Shown here piece by piece: positions 54,598 to 63,533 of a DNA stretch of 64,000 bases (position 1 is its first letter; every line of letters starts with the position of its first letter). The position numbers were made by a program, and so were the translations under genes. This DNA comes from an uncultured Chloroflexia bacterium (GTDB lineage: Bacteria; Chloroflexota; Limnocylindria; Limnocylindrales; CSP1-4). Below the pieces are notes generated by a model. It was not told the DNA's origin. It did no database searches and saw nothing but the letters and a program-made list of their open reading frames with translations. The stretch covers positions 182,483 to 246,482 of the forward strand of contig CAWGVH010000004.1 in the NCBI GenBank assembly GCA_963825995.1, given 5' to 3'.

Positions 54598-56331
54598 TCA
54601 GTCGATCATGATGGCGTCCGGGGCGGGCAGGCCGGTAGCCGTGGCCAGGATGGCTGGGGGCCGCCTGTTCAGCGCGAAATCGCGCATGGCCACCGCGCCA
54701 GAGAGGTTGTAGACCTCCCGGAAGCCGTGCTGGGCCAGGATGCGGGTGCCCAGGTAGGAACGCATCCCGGAGCGACACGCGACGACGGTCGGCTGGTCAG
54801 GGTCCAGCTCGCCGAGCCGCTCACGCAGCGCGTTGAGCGGGATGTTCACCGCCTGCGACGCGCCGGCGATGGGCAGCGTCCGCACCTCGCGCGCCTCGCG
54901 CACGTCGACGACCTGGTAGGCGGACAGGTCGGCATCCGGGGCGATGACCGGCGCCAGGCCGTCGAGGTCGTTCTGAGCCGTGAAGGCGGCCATGTGCAGG
55001 GGATCCTTAGCCGAGCCGAAGGGTGGCGCATAGGCCAGGTCGAGCTCGGCGAGGTCGTGGATCGTGCCTCGGAAGTGGAGCAGCGTGGCCGCCACGTCGA
55101 GGCGTTTGTCCACGCCCGCGCCACCCACGGCCTGGACCCCCAGCACGCGTCCGCTGCCAGCCTCGTAGACGAGCTTCAGGACCAACGTCTGCGCCCCGGG
55201 GTAGTAGCTGGCGTGGTGGTTCGCGACCACGTGCACGGCCCGCGCCTCGAAGCCGAGAGCCAGCGCGGACCGCAGGGAGAGGCCCGTGAGGCCGGCTGAG
55301 CAACCGAAGCAGCGCATCACGGACGTGCCCCACGCCGCCGGCGCCCGTCGCGACGTGCCGGTCGCGGCATGCTCGCCGGCCAGGCGGCCCGTGCGGTTGG
55401 CGGGACCGGCCAGTGGCAGCCGCATGCGTGTCCCGCTCACCCCGAAGGCATACTCGGCGGCGTCGCCGACGGCGTAGATGTCCGGGTCGGAGGTGCGCAT
55501 CCAATCGTCCGTGGCGATGCCGCCGCTGGCCCCGATGGCCAATCCGGCGTCCCGGGCCAGGCCGATGTTGGGTCGCACGCCCACACCCAGCAGGACGAGG
55601 TCGGCCGGCAGGTGCGTGCCGTCGGAGAGGCTGACGCCGGCGACTGTTCCGTCCTGCTCTTCGATGGCCGCCAGGCCGCGTCCCAGCTCCAGGCGCAAGC
55701 CGTGATACTCGAGCTGGCGGTGCAGCGGCTCAGCCATCTCGCGGTCCAACAGTGGCATGACCTGCGACTGCATCTCCACCAGCGCCACCTCGAGCCCGCG
55801 GCGATGGAACTGCTCGGCGGTCTCCAGGCCCACGTAGCCGCCGCCTATGACGACGGCGCGTCGCACGCGGGGCATGGCCTCCGCGATGCGGTCGGCATCG
55901 TCCAGCGTGCGCAGCGTGAAGACGCCCCGGGCCGCGGTGCCTGGGATGGACGGCACGAGCGGGCTGGCGCCAGGGGCGAGGATGAGCTTGTCGTAATGCT
56001 CCTCGTAGCGGCGGCCGGCCTCGAGGTCCTGCACGCTGATGGTGCGGGCGGCACGGTCGATGGACATGACCTCGTGGCGAGTGCGCACTTCGATCCGGAA
56101 GCGACGCTCGAAGAGCGCCGGTTTGGCGATGAGGAGGCGCTCGCGGTCGGTGATCTCGCCACCCAGGTAATAGGGCAAGCCGCAGTTGGCGAAGGACACG
56201 TAGGCGTCCTTCTCGAGGATGACGATGCGGGCCCGCTCGTTCATGCGGCGGGCGCGCGTGGCCGCTGAGGCGCCACCTGCCACACCGCCGACGATGAGGA
56301 TGGTCGGGGCGTTCACGGTGGCTGGGACCAT
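54598..56331 (-). CDS. CoA-disulfide reductase/NADH-oxidase-family flavoprotein fused to C-terminal rhodanese domain
   Basis: ILIVGGVAGGASAATRARR (FAD), redox Cys in SFANCGLPYY, second GG motif VVIGGGYVGLE, rhodanese active-site loop VVACRSGMRS. Confidence 0.85.
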   Translation of the reverse strand: MVPATVNAPTILIVGGVAGGASAATRARRMNERARIVILEKDAYVSFANCGLPYYLGGEITDRERLLIAKPALFERRFRIEVRTRHEVMSIDRAARTISVQDLEAGRRYEEHYDKLILAPGASPLVPSIPGTAARGVFTLRTLDDADRIAEAMPRVRRAVVIGGGYVGLETAEQFHRRGLEVALVEMQSQVMPLLDREMAEPLHRQLEYHGLRLELGRGLAAIEEQDGTVAGVSLSDGTHLPADLVLLGVGVRPNIGLARDAGLAIGASGGIATDDWMRTSDPDIYAVGDAAEYAFGVSGTRMRLPLAGPANRTGRLAGEHAATGTSRRAPAAWGTSVMRCFGCSAGLTGLSLRSALALGFEARAVHVVANHHASYYPGAQTLVLKLVYEAGSGRVLGVQAVGGAGVDKRLDVAATLLHFRGTIHDLAELDLAYAPPFGSAKDPLHMAAFTAQNDLDGLAPVIAPDADLSAYQVVDVREAREVRTLPIAGASQAVNIPLNALRERLGELDPDQPTVVACRSGMRSYLGTRILAQHGFREVYNLSGAVAMRDFALNRRPPAILATATGLPAPDAIMID

Positions 56332-56475
56332 GCGTCGGACTCCTCGTGCTGCCAGTTCTCAGGTCGAGCTCGGCGCCGAGGACCGGGAGAGGTGCGCGGC
56401 CCCACGAGGGTACCCTTGCACGACGGCGTCGAACGGTTTCGAACGGCATCGAGTGGTCAGTACGGGGAGACGAGC

Positions 56476-57345
56476 ATGCTGGTGTACGGCGATTTCACCC
56501 AGGACGAGCAAGTCCTGCTGCGTCGCAGCCTCCTGGCGGCCGCGGTCGCCGTCTCGGCGGCGAGCCCGGGTCGGGAGGAGGAGACGGTCAGCGAAGGCTT
56601 CGCGGCCGCCTCGTTCATCCTCGACCGGCGCGACGACTACGTGCGATTCCCGCTCATCACGTCGGTCATCGCGTGGCTGCAGGAACAAGCCAACGCGGAG
56701 CAGGCCTTCCCTGACTTCGTCAAGGTGGCCAAGGCACCGGATGCGCTTGCCCAAGCCATGGAGACCCTGCGAGGCGTCACCGCCCTACTGGACGTCCGCG
56801 TGGATCCCGCGGAAGCTGCCGCCTACAAGGGCTGGCTGATGAGCATCGCCGTCGAGGTCGCAGGGGCCGGCAAGGAGGATCAGGGCTTCCTGGGCAGGGG
56901 CGGCGTGGCCGTCAACGACAAGGAGCGCCAGGCGCTTGCCGCCATCGCCGGCGCGCTGGGAATGGCATCCGACCCCGACGTGAAGACGGACGCTAGTCCT
57001 CCGGGGCCGCCGGCACCGGTCAGGCTGGAGGTCGCGACGGACTCGCGCCGCGACCTCCGAGATGCTCAGGGCTTGTACTGCCACTCCACGAGCAGGAAGC
57101 AGCCTTCGTCGTCGGTGGCTGTCCTGGCCGCTCCACCGATCGCCGAGCGGCGGGTCGAACTGCAGGGTGTGATCGCCGCCGCTCCCGCAGCGCAGGGCCC
57201 CGGTCTGCTGGGCCCGGATGGCGATGCGGTCACCCTTGTCGACGCTGAAGTTGGTGCCGATCGATTCGACCTGGTAGACGAAGTCGTCCTCGTCTCCGCA
57301 GCCCTGCGGATCGCCCTGGTAGTTGATGACCGGCCCGTTGCGTGA
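56476..57345 (+). CDS. hypothetical protein; 3' end uncertain
   Basis: Protein-like from the ATG at 56476 (MLVYGDFTQDEQVLLRRSLL...) to about AGALGM (~56965). The remaining open frame is low-complexity and overlaps the minus-strand gene 57066..57686 by ~280 nt, so the real stop may be earlier (possible indel). Confidence 0.4.
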   Translation: MLVYGDFTQDEQVLLRRSLLAAAVAVSAASPGREEETVSEGFAAASFILDRRDDYVRFPLITSVIAWLQEQANAEQAFPDFVKVAKAPDALAQAMETLRGVTALLDVRVDPAEAAAYKGWLMSIAVEVAGAGKEDQGFLGRGGVAVNDKERQALAAIAGALGMASDPDVKTDASPPGPPAPVRLEVATDSRRDLRDAQGLYCHSTSRKQPSSSVAVLAAPPIAERRVELQGVIAAAPAAQGPGLLGPDGDAVTLVDAEVGADRFDLVDEVVLVSAALRIALVVDDRPVA

Positions 57346-57686
57346 CGGCGCGGAAGGTGTCCGTGCCGGGCACCTGGCGGACGACCTGCACGCGGAACGT
57401 GCCCGGGGTGCAGGAGATGATGCGCACCTTGCCGATGGTGCCCGCCTTGGGGGCCTTGTGACCACCGGCCGGCCGGCCGTAGGCCTCGTTCATGACCCAC
57501 GTGCAGGTGGGATGCGGGGTCGACGTCGTTGGGTTCGTCACACCACAGCGCCGGCTGCGGCTGTGTGTCGGTGGTGAGCTTGGCTCCGAACCTCACCGGT
57601 GCCGCGCTGGCAGTCAGCGCCAGTGACAGCGCCAGCCAGGCTCCGATGATCGTGGCCAGGACTCCGATCCGAACGCCTCTGAGCAT
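57066..57686 (-). pseudogene. secreted hypothetical protein, three frame breaks
   Basis: Signal peptide MLRGVRIGVLATIIGAWLALSLALTASA plus ..LWCDEPNDVDP in frame 1. TCTWVMNEAYGRPAGGHKAPKAGTIGKVRIISCTPGTFRVQVV..TFRAV in frame 2. RNGPVINYQGDPQGCGDEDDFVYQVESIGTNFSVDKGDRIAIRAQQTGALRCG..FDPPLGDRW in frame 3. The end DDEGCFLLVEWQYKP-stop is back in frame 1. The first break is at the GGGG run at 57516-57519. Confidence 0.6.
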
Positions 57687-57811
57687 CCTTCACACCTTTC
57701 GCCCCCCATGGGCCGACCAGGTGGCCGGACACGACGGCATCATGAATGGCAACTGGGGTGGTATGCAATACCCAGCGAACGGCTCCGCCGAGCGGCCCAC
57801 GGGCCCGTGCC

Positions 57812-58567
57812 TCAAGCCCCGACTACCCAGCCGACCAGCTGCGACCACATGACGGCGTAGCCCTCCCACTCCATGAACGGTGGCGGGCACCAGTGCGGCC
57901 CACAGTCCGATGTGAAGGCGACGGCCCGGCCTTGCCCGTGCATGCCGGCCACGATGAGGGGGTCCTCGCCCACGCCGACCACGAGATCCGCTCCATCGCG
58001 CGGCCTGACGCGGTTGTAGCCGAGCAGCTTCGGCCACCGCGCGCCCAGTCCCGCCACGATCGGGTGGTCCGGCAGGTGCACCACCGGCTCGACGCCGGAC
58101 GGCACCTCCACGCGGTCGTCGGTGAGCTGCATGGTCACAGGCAAGGCTGCCTCCACGGGCGAACGTGCCCAGCGAGCCCGCCCGTCGATGCCCTGGAACG
58201 TGAGGTAGCCACCGATCATGATCAGGCCGCCGCCGCGCTCCACGTAGTCACGGATGGCGGCAGGTCGGTCCGGCATGGGCACCGACCGGTCGAAGGTGTC
58301 CGGGTGGAGCAGAAGCGTGTTGGCGCCGATGTCGCTGAGGATGACCGCGGCATACTCGGCCAGCTCACCGGGCGTGCCCGGGAACTCGCCGGCGGCCAGG
58401 TGATTGGGCAGGTGATCGACCTCGAAGCCAGCCCCTTGGAGTGCCGTCCGCAGCGGCCCCACGCCCTCGTGGTACGAGGTCGTCGTGAAGGAGTCGAAGC
58501 CCTTCTGGTGGATGCTGTGGGTGACCCACGACTCACCCGCGATGAGCACTCGGCGGGAACGCCCCAT
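57812..58567 (-). CDS. class-I glutamine-amidotransferase-like protein (GATase1_like/DUF1355 type)
   Basis: VLIAGESWVTHSIHQKGFDSFTT..YHEG, ILSDIGANTLLLHP, GGGLIMIGGYLTFQGIDGRARW blocks typical of this family. Confidence 0.7.
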   Translation of the reverse strand: MGRSRRVLIAGESWVTHSIHQKGFDSFTTTSYHEGVGPLRTALQGAGFEVDHLPNHLAAGEFPGTPGELAEYAAVILSDIGANTLLLHPDTFDRSVPMPDRPAAIRDYVERGGGLIMIGGYLTFQGIDGRARWARSPVEAALPVTMQLTDDRVEVPSGVEPVVHLPDHPIVAGLGARWPKLLGYNRVRPRDGADLVVGVGEDPLIVAGMHGQGRAVAFTSDCGPHWCPPPFMEWEGYAVMWSQLVGWVVGA

Positions 58568-58580
58568 GTCCTTCCTCCCT

Positions 58581-58988
58581 TCAGCCAGACGCTGCCAGCA
58601 GCAGACCCAACACCGCCGTGACCGCGGCGCCCCCGGCCAGCCAGCCGTAGCGGGCCGGACTGCGGCCGGCGCCGTGCTCGCGCCACAGACCGACGCCCAC
58701 CGCCGCGGGCATGGCCGCCAGGGCCGCGACGGCGAGAAGGATGTGCGCCGGCGACATCGGCCGCAAGCCCGTGATGAGCAGCAGTCCGCCGATGAACAAC
58801 GCGGCCAAGACCAGCACGCTGACGACAGCGGCCAGGATGTCCGTGAGTCGGGCCAAGGCTTGACCCCAGCCCCGTTCGAGGCCGATCGACGTGGCGTCGG
58901 CCGCGACGGCGACGATGACGGCCGCGACAGCGACGACGACGGCCGCGACGACCGTCAGGTAGCCGAGCGTCCCATGCAGCCCGCTCAT
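58581..58988 (-). CDS. small membrane protein
   Basis: 135 aa, 4 hydrophobic segments. Ends 13 nt upstream of the GATase-like gene. Confidence 0.55.
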   Translation of the reverse strand: MSGLHGTLGYLTVVAAVVVAVAAVIVAVAADATSIGLERGWGQALARLTDILAAVVSVLVLAALFIGGLLLITGLRPMSPAHILLAVAALAAMPAAVGVGLWREHGAGRSPARYGWLAGGAAVTAVLGLLLAASG

Positions 58989-59339
58989 CGACTCACCTCC
59001 CCCTCAACAGGCGACCGTGCCGCGAGGCCGGCCGCGCCACACCTGATGATGACGGGCTCCCGGATGCCTGTCCCGAGCCCGCCGGAAGGGCCTGCGGGCG
59101 CGAGCGGGCTCGCCACTTCGGAGGTGCTCGCGCAGCGGGGCGGCGTATCGGGACCTGGTCAAGGTCATGCCGGATGGCTCCCGGACAAGCGCCCCCGATG
59201 GCCCTTGGGCCATGACCACGTCGGGCGGAGTCTGGCGCTACAAGAGAGGCCCCGAGGGCGTGCTCCGGGCTCACTGGCCGCTCGGACCGCAGCAGGCCCC
59301 GCACTGGCAGGCCAGCGCACGAGCCACGGGAGGCTGACC

Positions 59340-59879
59340 ATGCGAAGGTTGCTCCACCCCCTGATCGGGTTGTCCGTCCTCATGCTCCTTGGCGGGGCGA
59401 GCGTTGCCACCGCCCAGGAGACGGAGGACACCACGGCGGCCGCAGAACCAGTCGTCGTGTCAGGTACGCTCGAGTGCCTCGGGGAGGTGCCGGCCGACCA
59501 GGCAGCCGGCGCGGACGCGTCCCTGGGGACGGATGTCGTGAACGTCCATCGCTGGCAGGCCAGCGATGCGCGCCTCGGTGGCGAGGCGACGTACACCGGC
59601 CAGTGGCAGCTCTACGAGCCCCCGGCCGAGGACAGCAGCTCCGGTGGTGACGCGGTCCTCTACGAGATCGTCAACGACGGCGGCCACTGGCTTTGCGAGA
59701 CCTCCCGAGCGGTGGCACCCGGCGACGCGCCCGGCGCCCACACCCTCGTGTTCAACGGCGAAGGCGACTACGAAGGCATGACCGCCTACCTCAACGTCGA
59801 CTGGAGCCAGACCCCCTTTGCCTTCACCGGGGTGATCCTGCCAGGCGAAGCACAGCCATACGCGGAGCCGCAGGGCTAG
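59340..59879 (+). CDS. secreted hypothetical protein
   Basis: Only the last 180 codons of track ORF 58485..59879 look real. GGGAGG-N6-ATG at 59340, signal peptide MRRLLHPLIGLSVLMLLGGASVATAQE. Confidence 0.6.
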   Translation: MRRLLHPLIGLSVLMLLGGASVATAQETEDTTAAAEPVVVSGTLECLGEVPADQAAGADASLGTDVVNVHRWQASDARLGGEATYTGQWQLYEPPAEDSSSGGDAVLYEIVNDGGHWLCETSRAVAPGDAPGAHTLVFNGEGDYEGMTAYLNVDWSQTPFAFTGVILPGEAQPYAEPQG

Positions 59880-60026
59880 CGCGAGGTCGACACCGCTCCT
59901 ATCTCCCCATCCGCCGTCCAGCCCGACAGCAGCGGCGGTGCGATGGCACCGCCTGCGTGCCGTCGGCGCACCATGAGCCGATGAGGCCACTCATCCCGAA
60001 TCGACGTGACGACTGGACTGCGCCGT

Positions 60027-60060
60027 CAACTAACAGAGAGTCATAATGCCTTAGATTATC
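60027..60060 (+). promoter_or_regulatory. local low-GC patch with -10-like hexamers (promoter candidate for 60102 gene)
   Basis: caactaacagagagtCATAATgcctTAGATTatc stands out against the GC-rich background, 40-75 nt upstream of the ATG at 60102. No convincing -35. Confidence 0.2.
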
Positions 60061-60101
60061 GGGCTCCCCCGAGCGACGGACAGACCAGGGAAGGGACACA
60101 C

Positions 60102-60847
60102 ATGGCATCACGACTACGGATCACCGGAGTCGCGCTCATCATCGTCGGCATCGTGGCATTGGTCGCCGCCGGCTACGCCTACATGCAGGTCCAGGGCGGG
60201 CAGGATGCCCTCAAGGGCTTCAGCGCCGCACAGAACGTCGCCCTGACGTACAACGAGGACGGCGACCTCATCGACCGCGGCTCGCCGGAGGAAGCAGCGG
60301 CCATCCTGGCCCTCCTGGAGGACACCTGGCAGTGGCCGGTCAACGAGGGTGACCTGAACCCGAATGACCCGGTCACCAACACCGCGACCGAGTACATGTA
60401 CCAGATGGCCACCATCGCCCACCATACGCTGACCGGAACGCAGACCGTGGTGTTGACCGAGCCTGTCGAGTGGGACGGCGACGGTGACGGCACCGTGGCC
60501 GCCGACGCGCCGACCGTGGCGCCCGGTGAGTGGGATCCTCGACCTCAGGTCAGGACGCCATCTTCCAGGCCGGCGTCTACCAGGTCCCCGTCGCTAACCG
60601 CTACTGGACGGGTTTCAACCGGACGCACCCGCTCGACGGGCCGGCCCGCGAGCAGGCCTGGAACGGCACCGTCCATGGCCTCTTCGCGGAGCTCGGCGTG
60701 GGCGCCACCACGCACTCCAGCCTGCAGCTCGCGCTCGGCGTGGCGGCCGTCACGGCCCTGCTGGGCCTCGGCTTCCTCATCGGCGGGGCCGGCCTCCTCT
60801 GGACCGGCATGGCCAAGAAGCGCGAGGAGACCGCGACCGTCGCCTGA
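60102..60847 (+). pseudogene. bitopic membrane protein (N- and C-terminal TM anchors) with frame break
   Basis: N-part MASRLRITGVALIIVGIVALVAAGYAY...TVAPGEW is in frame 0. After ~60530 that frame becomes Arg/Ser/Pro junk. The continuation SGQDAIFQAGVYQVPVANRYWTGFNRTHPLDGP...LGLGFLIGGAGLLWTGMAKKREE runs in the frame of ORF 60530..60847. Confidence 0.6.
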
Positions 60848-61087
60848 CCCCGCGGGTCGACGACTATCGACCTGAGCAGACCGACCCAGACCGCCCGGGC
60901 GACCCCATCGTCTGGGCGTTCTGCTACCCGACGAGGGCCGGACCAGCCTCTATCGGACAGACAGGCATACTGTGGGACGCCGGAGCCTGAGCGTGGGCCA
61001 CCCACGTCGACCGCCGGCCAGCATCGTCGCACGACCCCCGTTCGATCCGGACCATCACCCCGGGTCACCGAAGGAGATCTGAGTCCC

Positions 61088-62755
61088 GTGGAGTCCCGCG
61101 CCCCTGAAGCCTCCCTAGCCGAGCTCGATCCAGCCCTCGGGCTGCCCCAGCAACGCAAGCTCGAGATCCTGCTCGGCGTCCTGCTGGTGGTCTTCCTCTC
61201 AGCCCTCGACCAGACCATCGTGGGCGTGGCCCTGCCGCGCATCGTGGGCGAGCTGCGTGGGACCAACGAGCTCTACACGTGGGTCATCACCAGCTACCTC
61301 CTGACGGCCACCATCACGGGGGTCTTCTACGGCAAGCTCTCGGACATCTACGGGCGCCGGCTCATGCTGCTCTTCGGTGTCAGCGTCTTCCTGCTGGGCT
61401 CGTTCCTGTGTGCCCTCTCCTGGTCCATGGAGAGCCTCATCCTCTTCCGAGGCATCCAGGGCGTGGGCGCCGGGGCCATCTTCCCGATCTCGCTGGCCAT
61501 CATCGGCGACCTCTACACGCCGCGTGAGCGGGGCCGCTACCAGGGCCTCTTCGGCGCCGTCTTCGGCGCGGCTGCGATCATCGGCCCGCTCCTCGGTGGC
61601 TGGCTCACGGACAACCTGAGCTGGCACTGGATCTTCCTCGTCAACCTGCCCATCGGCGCGGTCACGCTCTACATCATCGGGCGGTACCTGCCCTCGGTCC
61701 ACGGCGAGCCAGCGACCCGCGACCTCGACTACCTGGGCGGGGTGGTGTTCGCGGTCGCCGTCGTCTTCCTGCTGCTGGGTCTCACGAACAAGCAGACGGC
61801 CGAATGGGCCGATGTCTCCGTCGGCGGCTTTCTGCTCGTGGCCGCGCTGCTGACACCGGTCTTCCTGTTCATCGAGTCCAGAGCTGCGGAGCCGATCGTG
61901 CCGCTGGAGCTCTTCCGGAACCGCAACTACTCCGTGACCATCATGGCCACGTTCCTGGCCTCCATCGGCTTCTTCGGGGCGGTCATCTTCCTGCCCCGCT
62001 GGTTCCAGTTCGTGGAGGGCGCCAGTCCGACGGAGTCGGGGCTCCGGATCCTGCCGCTGCTTGCCGGCGTCATCCTCAGCTCCATCGTCTCCGGTGCCCT
62101 CGTCAGTCGCACGGGCAGGTTCAAGTGGGTCGTCACGGGCGCGTTGGCCATCATGTCCGTGGGCATCCTGCTGTTCACGGGCCTGGGTGCGCGCACCGAC
62201 CTGCCCGTGCTGTGGGGCTGGATGTTCGTCGCGGGCCTGGGGGTAGGCCCCACGCTGTCCGTCTTCACCATCGTCATCCAGGCGTCAGTGCCTTTCAGCC
62301 GGCTGGGCGTGGCGACCGGCAATCTCGTGTTCTTTCGTCAGATCGGCGGATCGGTGGGGCTGGCGGTGGTGGGTACGATCTTCGCCGAGTCCTTCGCCTC
62401 CCGGCTGCAGCCCTCGCTCGTGGAGGCGGGCGTGCCGGCTCAGCAGGCGGCTGCCGTGGCGGCCATGTCCGCGTCGGGCGGCGACCTGACCCAGGTCGGA
62501 GGCGTGAGCCTGCCCGACCAGCTGGCGCAGGTGCCAGCCCTGCAGGGCATCGTCGACCAGGTCGTGGCCGGTATCTACCAGGCCTTCTCGTTGGCCATCG
62601 GTGACACCTTCTGGCTCGGCCTCGCGGCGACCCTGGTGGCGCTCGTGGTCGTGACCATCGGCCTTCGAGACGTGCCGCTCCTCGGCCGAGGCGAGGTCGG
62701 TGGACCGAGTGATGAGCTCGCGGGAGACGTCCTGCCCACGGCCTTCGCCGGCTAG
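61088..62755 (+). CDS. DHA2-family (EmrB/QacA, 14-TM) MFS efflux transporter
   Basis: LDQTIVGVALPRI, GKLSDIYGRRLML, LFRGIQGVGAGAIFP motifs. About 14 TM segments. Confidence 0.85.
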   Translation: MESRAPEASLAELDPALGLPQQRKLEILLGVLLVVFLSALDQTIVGVALPRIVGELRGTNELYTWVITSYLLTATITGVFYGKLSDIYGRRLMLLFGVSVFLLGSFLCALSWSMESLILFRGIQGVGAGAIFPISLAIIGDLYTPRERGRYQGLFGAVFGAAAIIGPLLGGWLTDNLSWHWIFLVNLPIGAVTLYIIGRYLPSVHGEPATRDLDYLGGVVFAVAVVFLLLGLTNKQTAEWADVSVGGFLLVAALLTPVFLFIESRAAEPIVPLELFRNRNYSVTIMATFLASIGFFGAVIFLPRWFQFVEGASPTESGLRILPLLAGVILSSIVSGALVSRTGRFKWVVTGALAIMSVGILLFTGLGARTDLPVLWGWMFVAGLGVGPTLSVFTIVIQASVPFSRLGVATGNLVFFRQIGGSVGLAVVGTIFAESFASRLQPSLVEAGVPAQQAAAVAAMSASGGDLTQVGGVSLPDQLAQVPALQGIVDQVVAGIYQAFSLAIGDTFWLGLAATLVALVVVTIGLRDVPLLGRGEVGGPSDELAGDVLPTAFAG

Positions 62756-62893
62756 CGAACCTCGCCTTCGTGCCGAACGCCCGTTCCACGGCAGGGTCGG
62801 ATGGCGCGACGGCGTCGCGCGCATGCGGCATGATGCGCGGATGCTGTCGTCCTTCTGCGCCGCGACCGTGACGGCCCGAAGCCCGGGATCCTG

Positions 62894-63460
62894 ATGGACG
62901 TCTCCACGGTCACCCTGCTCTATGGCGTGGCTGCCATCGTCGGCATCGTCACGCTCATCTGGCTGGCCATCATGTTCGTGGTCTCGCGCGTCTCCGAGCC
63001 AGTGCGCTTCGGCTTCGAGGGCATGCGCGAGCGCTTCACCCCCTCTGCCCTCGTGGCCGCCTGGATCCCGGCGCTGCTGGCCATGATCGGCAGCCTCTAC
63101 TTCTCGGAGTTCGCCCACTACCAGCCCTGCACGTTGTGCTGGTACCAACGCATCGCCATGTACCCCTTGGTGCTCATGCTGGGCATCGCCGCCTGGCGGC
63201 GGGACCTGGGCGTTCGCGTCTATGCCATCCCGCTGGCCGCCGTGGGCGCCGCCATCGCTGCCTACCACTACTTGCTCGAGTGGTTCCCGGCGCTGGACAC
63301 GGGCGCCTGCACCATCGGCATCCCCTGTACACAGGTCTGGTTCCGCCAGTTCGGCTTCGTGAGCATGCCGCTGCTGGCCCTCATCGCCTTCCTGCTCGTC
63401 ATCGCCCTCCTGTTGATGGCGGCGCCGCCCGACGCGACCGGGGACGACGAGCCGGGCTAG
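62894..63460 (+). CDS. DsbB/BdbC-family disulfide bond formation protein
   Basis: 4-TM protein with a CxxC in the first loop ([16 protein letters not shown]) and a second Cys pair ([11 protein letters not shown]). Confidence 0.75.
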   Translation: MDVSTVTLLYGVAAIVGIVTLIWLAIMFVVSRVSEPVRFGFEGMRERFTPSALVAAWIPALLAMIGSLYFSEFAHYQPCTLCWYQRIAMYPLVLMLGIAAWRRDLGVRVYAIPLAAVGAAIAAYHYLLEWFPALDTGACTIGIPCTQVWFRQFGFVSMPLLALIAFLLVIALLLMAAPPDATGDDEPG

Positions 63461-63533
63461 AGGTCGCGGCGTCCTGGCACGAACGAGGCGAGCGCCAACG
63501 GCGATGCGCTCCGCCTTGCCGGTCATGGTGTGC

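Noticed and set aside
58485-59339. 5' two-thirds of the 464-aa plus-strand ORF 58485-59879.
   Set aside because: It is antisense to the membrane-protein gene 58581-58988 and has Arg/Gly/Asp-rich composition. A good SD plus ATG and a signal peptide appear only at 59340.
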